A stretch of 64,000 nt of DNA from a bacterium (GCA_043800535.1 JAZDMV010000023.1:111186-175185); one strand, 5' to 3'; positions 20,384 through 30,695 are shown, counted from the first letter of the stretch. Numbers and translations are program-made. The notes: generated from the sequence alone by a model not told the origin.

Positions 20384-21072
20384 TTCTTAAACCTATATTT
20401 TAACAGAGTGACTACTGCCTTAAACGCGTCGCGCCAGCCGATTTTTTTCCCTTCGTTTTTATGACGTGGTGAATAACTTATCGGCACCTCATAAATAGGG
20501 ATTTTTCTTTTAGCGACCTTGGCCGTCACCTCGGGACAGAATTCAAAACGCTGGCATTCCAGGTTTATGCTTTTGAGTAGCTCTGTTTTAAACATCTTAT
20601 AGCAGGTCGGCTCGTCCGTGATTTTTATTCCGTACAATAAATTCGTCACCCAGGTCAAAAATATCCCGCCCAAAGCAAAAATATGACCAGAATGACGCCG
20701 CTTAAAGTAGCTGTGATGAAGGCGCCGCGAGCCGTAAACCACTTTCACCTGCACTTCTTTGGCCTTTCCAACCAATAATTTCAAATCATTCGGGTCATAT
20801 TCCAGGTCCGCATCCTGTATCACTACCCAGTCGCCGCTCGCGTTTGCAAGCCCGGTCCGAATGGCCTTCCCCTTACCATGGTTTTTTTCATGACGCAGAA
20901 CGATATATTTATCTCTATATTTTTCTAGAATTTCTCTGGTGCCGTCTGTCGAGCAATCGTCCACAATAATAATTTCTTTTTCCACTCCCAAATCAGCATT
21001 TTGGACTTTGGCCAGCAGCTCTTCAATGGTCTGCGCTTCATTGAACACTGGAATGATAATAGACAGCTTCAT
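20380..21072 (-). CDS. GT2 glycosyltransferase, DPM1-like
   Basis: IIPVFNE, VDDCSTDGT, QDADLEYDP, VYGSR, TDEPTCYK. Confidence 0.9.
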   Translation of the reverse strand: MKLSIIIPVFNEAQTIEELLAKVQNADLGVEKEIIIVDDCSTDGTREILEKYRDKYIVLRHEKNHGKGKAIRTGLANASGDWVVIQDADLEYDPNDLKLLVGKAKEVQVKVVYGSRRLHHSYFKRRHSGHIFALGGIFLTWVTNLLYGIKITDEPTCYKMFKTELLKSINLECQRFEFCPEVTAKVAKRKIPIYEVPISYSPRHKNEGKKIGWRDAFKAVVTLLKYRFKK

Positions 21073-22136
21073 TATTTTAAATCTATTAAATTAAAAATTT
21101 CTAAAAGTTTGGCCACAAGTCGTTTTAAACTGTGCTCCTTGACTATAATTTCCCTCAGGCGGCGGCCGATTTCCTGGCGCTCCTGCCTATCAATACCCGC
21201 CAGCCAAAGAATTCTTTTTGCCAGTTCCTCGCTGTCTTTTTCTTTAAAAATTAATTTGTCGGCCAGATCAGGCGGGAAAATATCACAAAAAGATCGGTTA
21301 CAAACTAAAACTGGCCGTTCACAGGCCATTGCTTCGAGCGTTGTTTTATCAAAACTGCCCGTGCGCGTCAGATTAATAAAAATGTCGTTTTTGTTATAAA
21401 ACTTCAGTGTTTCTCTGTTACTGACTTTCCCCCAAAATTTTACCACTTCAGATAATCCGAGCTCCTCTACCAAATTTTTTATACCGTCAGAATATTTTTC
21501 GTCGGCAGGAGTCGGCGCACCGACGATAGTTAAATAAATGCCGCCGCTCTGCTGTCTGGCAAGACCGACGGCTCGAATCAAAGTTTCCAAATCCTTAACC
21601 GGCGAAATTCGGCCCAAAAACAGAAAATTTATTTGACCTCCAAAAACGTAATCACTCAGATCTCTGAAGTATTCAGTGTCTATTCCCTGGCCGACGACCA
21701 TTAGCTTGACGGATTTTAGCTTACAGGCAAAGCTGGTTGAGGTGACAACGCGGTGCGATAAAAGCGCGGCTAATTTTATCCGCCAGTCAATAAGATAATG
21801 GGCATACCAAAGAATGACCTTTTTGCCCAAAAGCCGCCACAAAAGACCGCCGAACAACACGTATTCACAGTTCATATGGACAAAAATATAGTCATATTGC
21901 CTCCGCTCGCGCCAGATATGTTTGTAAAAGTTGAATATATATTTTAGACGCGACGCACCTTTCTCTTTGCCAAGCGAAAGAACCTTAACGTTTTGCGGCA
22001 GATCATAGCTTCCGGCACCAAGACAAATTGCTGTCACCTGCTCGCAACGGTTAGCAAACTCTTTTACCCAGCCATGCATAAAACCAAGCAGGTCGTCATT
22101 TTGGTCAATTTTTTGCGTTAAAATAAGAATTCTCAT
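21072..22136 (-). CDS. GT4 glycosyltransferase
   Basis: GQGID, FLGRISPVK, TGSFDKTTLEAMAC; start MRIL overlaps upstream stop (ATGA). Confidence 0.85.
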   Translation of the reverse strand: MRILILTQKIDQNDDLLGFMHGWVKEFANRCEQVTAICLGAGSYDLPQNVKVLSLGKEKGASRLKYIFNFYKHIWRERRQYDYIFVHMNCEYVLFGGLLWRLLGKKVILWYAHYLIDWRIKLAALLSHRVVTSTSFACKLKSVKLMVVGQGIDTEYFRDLSDYVFGGQINFLFLGRISPVKDLETLIRAVGLARQQSGGIYLTIVGAPTPADEKYSDGIKNLVEELGLSEVVKFWGKVSNRETLKFYNKNDIFINLTRTGSFDKTTLEAMACERPVLVCNRSFCDIFPPDLADKLIFKEKDSEELAKRILWLAGIDRQERQEIGRRLREIIVKEHSLKRLVAKLLEIFNLIDLK

Positions 22137-23251
22137 TTTAAACAAAACTCCCAGGAGTTTTTATATTTAGCAAAATACTCTTCCTTCGTCATCAGAAAGT
22201 CTTTTATTTTTAAACCTGACTCTTTAAATTTTTGGATCAGCGCCGGCTCGCTTATGATTCTTTCAATCGTCTCGCAAACCGCCGCCCTGTCATTGACCGG
22301 CACGACAAGGCCGTTTTCATTATTCACTACGACCTCGCCCGCGCAACCGACATCTGTCATCAAAACCGGACAGCCAGCTGCCATGGCTTCTGGCACGCTC
22401 ATCCCCCAACCCTCATAGTTAGAAGCCAGCAGGAATAGATCCGCGCTTTTATAATATGAAGCTAGATCATCTGCCCGGGGCTCGAAAACAACAGAATCAG
22501 CCAACTTTAAATTTCTAACTTTTGACTTTAAACTTTCTTCCTCGTCGCCCGAGCCGACTACTATCAGACCGGCTTTTGGATATTTTTTTATAATATCTAA
22601 CATCGCTTCAATCGCCAGTCCAATATTTTTTTCACGGCTTAAGCGGGAAGCCATCAATATTAAAAAATCAAACTGCGGATACTTTTCTTTTAAGCTCGCG
22701 CCAGGCAAGGACGCCTGAATTTTCCCAACATCAACAAAGATCGGCAGAACAAAAATTTTTTCTTCGACCACGCCAAGAGCTATTAACGACATTTTTATCC
22801 TCTCGCTGACCACCCGAAAACCGTCGGCTCGGCGGATTAAAAACTTGCCCAGCCGCACCCGAAGCTTATTAGCCAAGGATTCGCGCCAAAAATATGGGCT
22901 CAAAAAATCAGTGTGTACCTGTAATTGCAGTCTGGTTCTATTTTTTCTGGCAATAAACCATCCTGCCAATCCCGTTTCAAACGGATCTTGCGTGAATATA
23001 AGATCGATTTTATGCTCTTTTAATATCTTACGGCTGATCTTAAAAGTATCAAAATAGTATGAAAGGCGGCTCGCGGAATTAGTCGGATAAATAAAAAGCT
23101 TGTTCTCAAAAACAATCGGCTCTTCTTTGTTTCTTGTCCATACAATAACAAAAATCTTATCAACCAGCTGGCTGTATTCTTTCAATCTTTCCAGGCTCTT
23201 TGAGCCAGGCGAGAAAATCGCTTTATCCAGATTTATTACAAGAATGTTCAT
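22133..23251 (-). CDS. GT4 glycosyltransferase
   Basis: ASRLSREKN, SNYEGWGMSVPEAMAAG.PV..TDVG (E-x7-E). Confidence 0.9.
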   Translation of the reverse strand: MNILVINLDKAIFSPGSKSLERLKEYSQLVDKIFVIVWTRNKEEPIVFENKLFIYPTNSASRLSYYFDTFKISRKILKEHKIDLIFTQDPFETGLAGWFIARKNRTRLQLQVHTDFLSPYFWRESLANKLRVRLGKFLIRRADGFRVVSERIKMSLIALGVVEEKIFVLPIFVDVGKIQASLPGASLKEKYPQFDFLILMASRLSREKNIGLAIEAMLDIIKKYPKAGLIVVGSGDEEESLKSKVRNLKLADSVVFEPRADDLASYYKSADLFLLASNYEGWGMSVPEAMAAGCPVLMTDVGCAGEVVVNNENGLVVPVNDRAAVCETIERIISEPALIQKFKESGLKIKDFLMTKEEYFAKYKNSWEFCLK

Positions 23252-23252
23252 C

Positions 23253-23969
23253 TTACTGTTTTTCAAAAATGCAGACGAGCGACTGGCCGAGTTTTTTAAA
23301 AATCGGAAGTCGGCAAAAAAAATTATCTAAAGCGTGAATAAATTTATTAGAAAACCAAAATTTCGGGATCCCCAAATAATGCAAAGGCGGCCAAAGGGTG
23401 CTGGCACGGCTTTTGACAAGGCGAAAGCCACCGTTTTCCAAAATCCTCTGCCATTTTTTAAGATCATAGGGGTATTGATGGGCGTCCGGGTCCCAGCCCG
23501 TCTTCTTGACGGTTTTCCCTTTTCGTCTCAGAACTTTACGTCCAACAAACCTGAAAAAATTCTCCCATTTGTCGTGCATCGCCGGGAAAGTGACCAAAAC
23601 CCGGCCGCCGTCCTTAAGCAGGCGCCATAGCTCTTTTACCACGCTTTCCGGGTGTTCTACATGCTCAATTATATCAATCGCTATGGCTTTATCAAATTTT
23701 TCATCAAGCGGAATTTTTTCAACGTTAGCACGAAGCGACTGCCAGTTTTGAATACCGTTTGCCTCGGCCAATTGACGCGCCACCAAAAGCCGATCTTCAT
23801 TTATGTCCACGCCCGTCATTTTTTTAAAATTCCCTTTGTATATGACCGCCTGCACGCCGTCGCCGCAGCCGATATTCAATACTAAATCCTCTTTTGAGAA
23901 CGGAAAAAATTCTGGATAGATGATGCCGGATAACAATTTTCCGCGGTTAAAATTAATTTCCTCTGACAT
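23253..23969 (-). CDS. Class I SAM-dependent methyltransferase
   Basis: VLNIGCGDG, GVD, FD...IIEHV, LLKDGG. Confidence 0.85.
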   Translation of the reverse strand: MSEEINFNRGKLLSGIIYPEFFPFSKEDLVLNIGCGDGVQAVIYKGNFKKMTGVDINEDRLLVARQLAEANGIQNWQSLRANVEKIPLDEKFDKAIAIDIIEHVEHPESVVKELWRLLKDGGRVLVTFPAMHDKWENFFRFVGRKVLRRKGKTVKKTGWDPDAHQYPYDLKKWQRILENGGFRLVKSRASTLWPPLHYLGIPKFWFSNKFIHALDNFFCRLPIFKKLGQSLVCIFEKQ

Positions 23970-23972
23970 AAA

Positions 23973-25406
23973 TTATTTTTTTGATTTAACTAAACTGTAT
24001 GTTCGCCGCAAGAACTTACCCAACCAGTTTTTTTCCTCAATCGCCAGCCCGGCCAAAAATTCAATAAAATAAATATCCAGCGGCAGGGCAAAAAATCTGT
24101 GTCTGATCCTAAATTCAAACCATCTGTTTGCCGGCCCCAGTTTGAATTTCAGCAATTTAAAACACTCCCTTATCCGCCAGACGTATCCGCCATCAACCCA
24201 GGGCGAAGCAAAATCCTTTCTGAACCTATCAATCCTGCCCCAATCCTCGGTCCGCTCCGGCGGTCTGAACCCTTTTTCTTTCGCAAGCTCGTACATGGTC
24301 GAGCCGGGATACGGCATATAGGCGCCGAGAGTAAAAGCGGCTCTGGGATGAATTTTGTAGATCGTATAAAGCAGGTCTATGGTTGACTCAAATTCTTCTT
24401 TCGTTTCCGTCGGCAAACCCACAATTGCCGAATAACTGGCTGGCACGTCATATTTGGCCAGCGACCTGACCGCTGAAATAATTCTTTCTACGGTTATTCT
24501 TTTATTGATCATCTCAAGAATCCTGTCGCTGCCTGACTCAACGCCTATCAAAAGGTCAAAAACGCGTAACTCTTTAAGCCGTCTCGCTAATTCGTCATCG
24601 ATCATATCAATCCGCACTTCAAGATGCGCCGGCAAATTTATTTTTTCCAGGATCTCAAGCGCCCTTGCCTTATCAACGAAAAAATTGTCGTCGTAAAACT
24701 TAATGGCATCAATATGGTATTTTTGCTTCAAGAATTCTATATCCTTGGCCACCATATCAGACGACCAGGCGCGCCAACGATTTTGGTTAAAGATCTTATT
24801 GTAACAAAACCCGCAGCTAAAAGGGCAACCGCGGCTTGCTTTGTAAGCAACAACTCTTTTGTATCTGTCCAGCCTATAAACATATTTCTCCATATCCAGC
24901 AGCGAAAAATCCAATGGCCAATCGTCCAAATTTTTAATCAAGGGCCTTGAATCACCAAGATGCGCCTGACCATCTTTTTTGTAGCCGAGGCCAAGAACAT
25001 TATCAAATGCCTCGCCCTGGCTTAATTTTTGTGAAAATTCCACAATCGTCTCTTCGCCTTCGCCTACAATTACAAAATCTATATAAGATTCCGCGAGGCA
25101 CTGTTCAGGCAAAAGAGACGGGTGAATGCCGCCCCAAACGACTTTAACCGCCAAACTCTCTTTTATTTTTTTTGACAGCTCGGCGCTGTGCTTTGTCTGG
25201 ATACCTGTCATAACAGAGATTCCCACAAAAAGAGGGTTTTTGGCCGCAATGTAAGCAGCGGTTTTTTCTATCTCTTTTTCCGTGATATTTAAAAGCTCCA
25301 CAAAAAAACCATGCTTTTTTAAAGCGCTGCCAATGGATAATATCCCAAGCGGCAGAATCTTTTCTGAATGGTCTTCTGAATAATTTATCTGGACTAAAAT
25401 AATCAT
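23973..25406 (-). CDS. Cobalamin-binding radical SAM enzyme (rSAM-4)
   Basis: PLGILSI, GIS.MTG, WGGIHPS, GEGEET, SRGCPFSCGFC, DDNFF, GVESGS; start taken at MIILV. Confidence 0.9.
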   Translation of the reverse strand: MIILVQINYSEDHSEKILPLGILSIGSALKKHGFFVELLNITEKEIEKTAAYIAAKNPLFVGISVMTGIQTKHSAELSKKIKESLAVKVVWGGIHPSLLPEQCLAESYIDFVIVGEGEETIVEFSQKLSQGEAFDNVLGLGYKKDGQAHLGDSRPLIKNLDDWPLDFSLLDMEKYVYRLDRYKRVVAYKASRGCPFSCGFCYNKIFNQNRWRAWSSDMVAKDIEFLKQKYHIDAIKFYDDNFFVDKARALEILEKINLPAHLEVRIDMIDDELARRLKELRVFDLLIGVESGSDRILEMINKRITVERIISAVRSLAKYDVPASYSAIVGLPTETKEEFESTIDLLYTIYKIHPRAAFTLGAYMPYPGSTMYELAKEKGFRPPERTEDWGRIDRFRKDFASPWVDGGYVWRIRECFKLLKFKLGPANRWFEFRIRHRFFALPLDIYFIEFLAGLAIEEKNWLGKFLRRTYSLVKSKK

Positions 25407-25407
25407 C

Positions 25408-25965
25408 TTATTTAAAAGCCCGCGCAAAAAGATTATAACCGAATTCAAATTTCTCAATAATAATTTTATCTTTTTCAAAACCGGCCGCCGCCAACAAGAT
25501 AGATAATGTTTCCCTGCTAAAATAATTTACGTGGCCTCTAATCTGCTCTCTCGAAACAATTCCTAATTTGAGCGAAAGAAATTCAAGCAGGCCCCGGCCG
25601 CTCAGATCTGGAGTCGTTAAAAGCAGCAACCCGCCCGGCTTTAAAATTCTTAGACATTCTTTTAAAATCTCTTCCGGTTTTCCAAGATGCTCCAGCGCCG
25701 CTAGCATTGTGATACAATCAAAATGATCGGATTCTTCAGGAATTTTTCCAAGCAGCTCAGTTTTTTTCAGAGTGATATTGCCCGTTTTCTGCTCATTGAC
25801 TTCTTTGTCATAGCCAACGCCTTCGACTATTAAATCCTTGACCTCAAAAAGAAGCTGGCCTTGAGCGCCGCAGCAAATATCGCAAACTCTTCCGGCCTTG
25901 GGAATATACTTTTTTATCTTGGCAAATCGCAGGCAGAAAAGTATCGGTTCCAAAAATGGCGTCAT
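25408..25965 (-). CDS. Class I SAM-dependent methyltransferase
   Basis: VCDICCG, FD.ITMLAALEHL, RILKPGG.L.LTTP. Confidence 0.8.
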   Translation of the reverse strand: MTPFLEPILFCLRFAKIKKYIPKAGRVCDICCGAQGQLLFEVKDLIVEGVGYDKEVNEQKTGNITLKKTELLGKIPEESDHFDCITMLAALEHLGKPEEILKECLRILKPGGLLLLTTPDLSGRGLLEFLSLKLGIVSREQIRGHVNYFSRETLSILLAAAGFEKDKIIIEKFEFGYNLFARAFK

Positions 25966-25969
25966 TGCT

Positions 25970-27073
25970 TTAATAAGTTATCTTAAATAAGCCGTTTATC
26001 AGCAAGCGCAGCCCATCGTCGTATATTAACCAGAAATAATTGCCCGCCAGAATTATTGTAAGCAAGAGAGCATAAGCGTAAGTTTTGTGCACCCAGTTGC
26101 CCAAGTTAACCATCCCGAAGCTGGCAAAAATACAGAGCAAAAATGCAATTACGTAAAAGAGACGGGAAGAGGCGCCTATCCAGAGAAGCGGCAAAAGAGA
26201 CGGCGCAAAAAGCGCTAATAAAATTTTCTTATTCTCGTTTGCCATCTTTTTTATTTTCAAAACGCCGGCAAAAACTAAAAGCCAACCCAGCAAGAAAGTT
26301 GCGCCTAAACTTTTGGCCACTACCTGAACAAGCTGCTCTTTATACAGTTCGGCCCGACCCAACGAAAACCAGTCAAAATATGAAAAATGGAATTTAAAAT
26401 AAACAAATGCCTGCCAAGCCAGAAACACAGGCGCAAAAAACAAGCCATAAACCGCCAGATACTTTATTTTCTGCAAAAAATCTCCTTTATAAATAAAAAA
26501 CAGGCAAATGAAAAAAAACAGGATCCCGACCGCGGCATATTCTTTTGTCAAGAACCCGGCTAGGCAAATCAAGCCGTTTAAAATTATCCATTTGTATCGC
26601 GGCTCTTTCAAAAAAACCAGCGTCAAATAGATCGAAAGCGCGCAGAAAAACCAGCTTGCCAGATCCGTCATATAAGTTATGCCGTATTCCAGCATCGGAT
26701 AGCTGGCTAAAAAAAGAACCGAAGCAATAAACGCCTGCTTATCGTCGTCAAACATCAACTTCACTATTTTAAAAATGACGAAAGCTATCAAAAAATAAAA
26801 AATACTGTTCAAAAAAAGGAAAGACGCCTTAAGGCCGAACACATACGAGCTTATTGCGATAAAAAAAGGCATTAATGGTTTAAGCAGGCGCTGGGCCACG
26901 GGCGCTGCCTCCCCCCTAAAATATTGGGCTGTCATGGCATAGCCTTCTGAATCAGAGCTGAAAGGAGCGGTAAATTTCAACAAAAAAACATTTATAATAA
27001 AAATATTAAGCAGGGCAAAGATCGCCAGGCCGACAAAATAACTCCGCGGAATTTTTGAATCCAAAACGTTCAT
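25970..27073 (-). CDS. GT-C membrane glycosyltransferase
   Basis: SSDSEGY loop after TM1, about 10 TM segments, TD, LTKE. Confidence 0.7.
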   Translation of the reverse strand: MNVLDSKIPRSYFVGLAIFALLNIFIINVFLLKFTAPFSSDSEGYAMTAQYFRGEAAPVAQRLLKPLMPFFIAISSYVFGLKASFLFLNSIFYFLIAFVIFKIVKLMFDDDKQAFIASVLFLASYPMLEYGITYMTDLASWFFCALSIYLTLVFLKEPRYKWIILNGLICLAGFLTKEYAAVGILFFFICLFFIYKGDFLQKIKYLAVYGLFFAPVFLAWQAFVYFKFHFSYFDWFSLGRAELYKEQLVQVVAKSLGATFLLGWLLVFAGVLKIKKMANENKKILLALFAPSLLPLLWIGASSRLFYVIAFLLCIFASFGMVNLGNWVHKTYAYALLLTIILAGNYFWLIYDDGLRLLINGLFKITY

Positions 27074-27765
27074 CGCAGTAAATTAAATCTTATGATATGC
27101 CAAAAAGTGGCCAGGCCGTCTTTCCAATTGATTTTTTTGCCCTCCTGGTATGTCCTGCCTGAATACGAAATGCCAATTTCGTAAATTCTGAATTTGCCCT
27201 TGGCAAAACGTGCCGTCAACTCCGGCTCAATGCCAAAGCGCCTTGACTTAAGTTTTGGCAGAATTTTATCCAGAACTTCCTTGGTAAAACATTTATAGCA
27301 GGTTTCCATGTCCGTTAACGTCAAATTCGTCAGCATATTTGAAAAGAATGTCAGCAACTTATTGCCCAAATAATGCCAAAAGAACAGAACCCGATGAGGA
27401 TTGGCCGTCAGCATGCGCGAACCATAAACAACATCTGCTTTGCCTTTAAGAATCGGTTCGAGCATTGTCGGATATTCGGCCGGGTCATATTCAAGGTCCG
27501 CGTCTTGGATGATAATAATGTCTCCTGAGGCCTGCAAAAAGCCGCTGCGCAGTGCCGCTCCCTTGCCGTAATTTTTGTCGTGAAAAATAATTTTATAATT
27601 ACCCTGCAACGCCTTAAGAATTTCCCGCGTGCCGTCATCTGAAAAATCATCCACCAAAATTATTTCTTTTGCCAGGTTTTCGGCCGGGCTTTTTTCTACG
27701 CGCCTGACAATTTCGCGGATCGTATTTTTTTCGTTATAAACAGGGATAACAATAGAAAGTTTCAT
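27070..27765 (-). CDS. GT2 glycosyltransferase, DPM1-like
   Basis: VIPVYNE, VDDFSDDGT, QDADLEYDP, TDMETCYK, GRTY.EGKKI.WKDG. Confidence 0.9.
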   Translation of the reverse strand: MKLSIVIPVYNEKNTIREIVRRVEKSPAENLAKEIILVDDFSDDGTREILKALQGNYKIIFHDKNYGKGAALRSGFLQASGDIIIIQDADLEYDPAEYPTMLEPILKGKADVVYGSRMLTANPHRVLFFWHYLGNKLLTFFSNMLTNLTLTDMETCYKCFTKEVLDKILPKLKSRRFGIEPELTARFAKGKFRIYEIGISYSGRTYQEGKKINWKDGLATFWHIIRFNLLR

Positions 27766-27774
27766 AATTTATAA

Positions 27775-29226
27775 TTAAGCAGTCCTCTTTTTAAAAAAGA
27801 AGGAGAGCAGCGCCAATCCTCCGCTTAGCATAATTCTTATATCGCCCAGCGACCTTATGCCAAAAATCTTTTTTAGGATATATTTTGGCCGGAAATAAAA
27901 ACTACGATACATTATCTGATACAGCCCGGATATCTCATTCTCGGTCAGATTTTCCAGACGCATGACGGGCTTGGCCAAAGTATAATCATCCCAGTCATAA
28001 GTCAGAAGTAATTTCCGTTCGTGGGCCCATTTAAACATTTCGGTGCCGGGAAAAGGGGTAGTTATATTTACAATCAACAGATCAGGATTTATTCTGTTCA
28101 CGAATTTGATATTCTTTTTTATAACCTCAAGATCGTCACCCGGATTTCCCACCATAAAAGCGAGGCGGCATTCAATCCCCGCTTTTTTTGTCCAGGAAAC
28201 AGCATTTATTACCTGCTCAAGATTTATTTTCTTATTGATATTTTTCAAAACTGTTTCATCGATATTTTCCACGCCATACATTATCTGATGACAACCGGCT
28301 TGTTTCATTTTTGCCAGCATTTCTTCGTCAACGAAATCCACCCGCGCAAAACACGTCCAGGTTAGGTCTATTTTATTTTTGAGCAACAAATCGCAAAGTT
28401 TAATTACGTTATCTTTGAAGACAGTAAAGGTGTCGTCATAAAACAAAATTTCCTTAATGCCATAGTTGCCAATCAAAAATTCTATTTCCTTAAAAATCGC
28501 CTCAGCGGACTTAAAAACCATCTGTTCGCCGAGGGTCTTTGAGCAAAAAGTACACCTGCCCGGACAGCCACGCGAAGTCATCATGCTCATTGCCGGCAGG
28601 CGTTTATATGAGCCCTTGGCAGGCCGGTATTTTTCAACAGGCAAAAGGTCATAAGCCGGCATGGGCAACGAATCCAAATCCGTAATGCGTTCTCTTGGTT
28701 TGTTTTTTATTATTTTTACTCCGCCAGGCAAATTCTTTTTAAAAACGATCCCATCTATTTCTTCTAAATTTTTCCCGGCTACAAGCTCCCCTGCCGTTAT
28801 CTCACCTTCGCCTACAACCACGACGTCAATAAATTCTTTGGCAATTACTTCGCCAACCACAAAGGTTGGATGCACTCCGCCAAAAACAATCAACGCTTCA
28901 GGGTATAATCTCTTGCATATTTGCGAGATCTCGTACGCTTTTTTTATTGTGCCCGTCACGGCCGTTATCCCGATTACTTTTATTTTATCAAATTTTTCGC
29001 TGAAGTTCTGCCGGAAATACTGTTCAAAAGCGTCAACCGACGGACAGAATATGTCGCAATCAAGGATCCGGACAGAGTGGCTTTTACTGCGCACATAGCC
29101 CGCTATGGAAGCCAGGCCGAGCGGCGGAAAATTTGAATTTATTCGCTTCCAGATGTTTTCGTCGTCCTTATAAAACATGGGTGGCGAGATCAGGAGGCAA
29201 TCCAACTGTCTGTTTTTTTCTTCCAT
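27775..29226 (-). CDS. Cobalamin-binding radical SAM enzyme (rSAM-5), paralog of rSAM-2/3
   Basis: PPLGLA, GGVHPT, GEGE, YRPAKGSYKRLPAM, SRGCPGRCTFC, YDDTFT. Confidence 0.9.
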   Translation of the reverse strand: MEEKNRQLDCLLISPPMFYKDDENIWKRINSNFPPLGLASIAGYVRSKSHSVRILDCDIFCPSVDAFEQYFRQNFSEKFDKIKVIGITAVTGTIKKAYEISQICKRLYPEALIVFGGVHPTFVVGEVIAKEFIDVVVVGEGEITAGELVAGKNLEEIDGIVFKKNLPGGVKIIKNKPRERITDLDSLPMPAYDLLPVEKYRPAKGSYKRLPAMSMMTSRGCPGRCTFCSKTLGEQMVFKSAEAIFKEIEFLIGNYGIKEILFYDDTFTVFKDNVIKLCDLLLKNKIDLTWTCFARVDFVDEEMLAKMKQAGCHQIMYGVENIDETVLKNINKKINLEQVINAVSWTKKAGIECRLAFMVGNPGDDLEVIKKNIKFVNRINPDLLIVNITTPFPGTEMFKWAHERKLLLTYDWDDYTLAKPVMRLENLTENEISGLYQIMYRSFYFRPKYILKKIFGIRSLGDIRIMLSGGLALLSFFFKKRTA

Positions 29227-29228
29227 AA

Positions 29229-30695
29229 TTAAGCGTTTGTAATGAATCTTTTTGCGAATTTGTACTCAACCGGCCATTTAAAAAATCTTAACTTCCAGCG
29301 CAATTTGCAGATAAGTGAAAATCCTAACTTCAGAATTTTTGAACTTTGCACCGTTGAACTCATGGCGCTCGCTAGGCTATGGGCACCAAATCTTGTATAG
29401 GCCTCAAGCGAATCAACCAGATCCGGGTTAGCAACCCAGGGAAAGTGATATGGCGTCAGATAATTCATTTCGTTTTCCACCGCTTCGGCCCAGGCCTTAA
29501 GGCCGCTAGGCGCCTGCCAGCCAGAAGCCAGACATTCCTCATAAAGAGTTGAGCCAGGATACGGCCTGAACGCCTGCGGCCCCAAAATCTGGATCTTCGG
29601 GCTTAGCCGCACCAACTCATCAATTAAACTTATTGTCTGCCGAATATCGTCTTTGGTTTCACCTGGCAGGCCGACCATAAACGAATACTGCGGGATAATA
29701 TCGTGTTTAAGACATTTTCGCGCTGAACCAAGAATTTCCTCACGAGTGATATCTTTATCTATTTTTTTTAGCATTCTTGCCGAGCCGGATTCCGCGCCAA
29801 AAGACAAAAGATAGCAACCGCTGATGCGAAGTTTTGCCAAAAAATCATCCGTCATTTCCGGCCGCGAAAAATAATCCGCCCGAATGGTCGTCTCCCAAGG
29901 AATAGCCAAATTTTCGTTTATCATTCCATCTATAATTTCTTCAACGCGCTTAATGTCAACAAAAAAATTCTCGTCCCAGAAGCGCAATTTCTTGACCGAA
30001 AACTCGGGCTTTGATCTTATGATCTGCAGATCCTGTAAAACAGCTTCTGGCTTTCTCATGCGCCAGCGATTTTTGGTTATCGCGTTGATGCAAAAAGCGC
30101 ATCTATGGGGACAGCCCCGCGAGGTATGCGTTGGCACAAGTTCCAGGCGCTCCAAAACTTCTCCCGGCATCAAGTCCCAATTTGGCAGAGGGATTTGGTC
30201 CATCATCAAAAGTTCTCTTTTTTCGTTAATAAAAATTTTATCATTATCTTTCCAGCCAAGCCCCTTAATTTTTGAAAAATCCTGATGTCTCACGTCTTCC
30301 AGCATAGAAAGCAATTCCCAGAGCGTTTCTTCACCTTCATTTAAAATGACAAAATCAACCAGATTGCTTTTGAGCATCTCTTCGGGGAAAAAAGTGGCGT
30401 GCGGCCCGCCCCAGATCAGTCTTATGCGCGAGCCGGCCTGCCGCACCCGCCAGGCAATTTGCATAGCTGAAGGAATCTGCGTCGTCATGACAGATAAACC
30501 GACATAACTGGCAGAAGACAATTCCTCGTCCAGAATTTTTGACCAGTTTTCCTGCCGCGCGCAGTCAATAATTTTTACCGGCACGCCTTTTTTATAAAGA
30601 TAAGAAGCCAGACATAAAAGCCCAACAGATAAGCTCGTATCATATTTTGACTTGACGATATTAAAAGATGGATTGATAAGAATTAATTTTCTCAT
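29229..30695 (-). CDS. Cobalamin-binding radical SAM enzyme (rSAM-6)
   Basis: GLSVMT, WGGPHAT, NEGEET, SRGCPHRCAFC, DENFF, GAESGS; resembles rSAM-4. Confidence 0.9.
   Translation of the reverse strand: MRKLILINPSFNIVKSKYDTSLSVGLLCLASYLYKKGVPVKIIDCARQENWSKILDEELSSASYVGLSVMTTQIPSAMQIAWRVRQAGSRIRLIWGGPHATFFPEEMLKSNLVDFVILNEGEETLWELLSMLEDVRHQDFSKIKGLGWKDNDKIFINEKRELLMMDQIPLPNWDLMPGEVLERLELVPTHTSRGCPHRCAFCINAITKNRWRMRKPEAVLQDLQIIRSKPEFSVKKLRFWDENFFVDIKRVEEIIDGMINENLAIPWETTIRADYFSRPEMTDDFLAKLRISGCYLLSFGAESGSARMLKKIDKDITREEILGSARKCLKHDIIPQYSFMVGLPGETKDDIRQTISLIDELVRLSPKIQILGPQAFRPYPGSTLYEECLASGWQAPSGLKAWAEAVENEMNYLTPYHFPWVANPDLVDSLEAYTRFGAHSLASAMSSTVQSSKILKLGFSLICKLRWKLRFFKWPVEYKFAKRFITNA

Noticed and set aside
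1493-30695. Radical SAM cluster as a RiPP or natural-product cluster
   Set aside because: No precursor peptide, SPASM Cys motifs, peptidase/exporter or PKS/NRPS; the context is entirely glycan biosynthesis.
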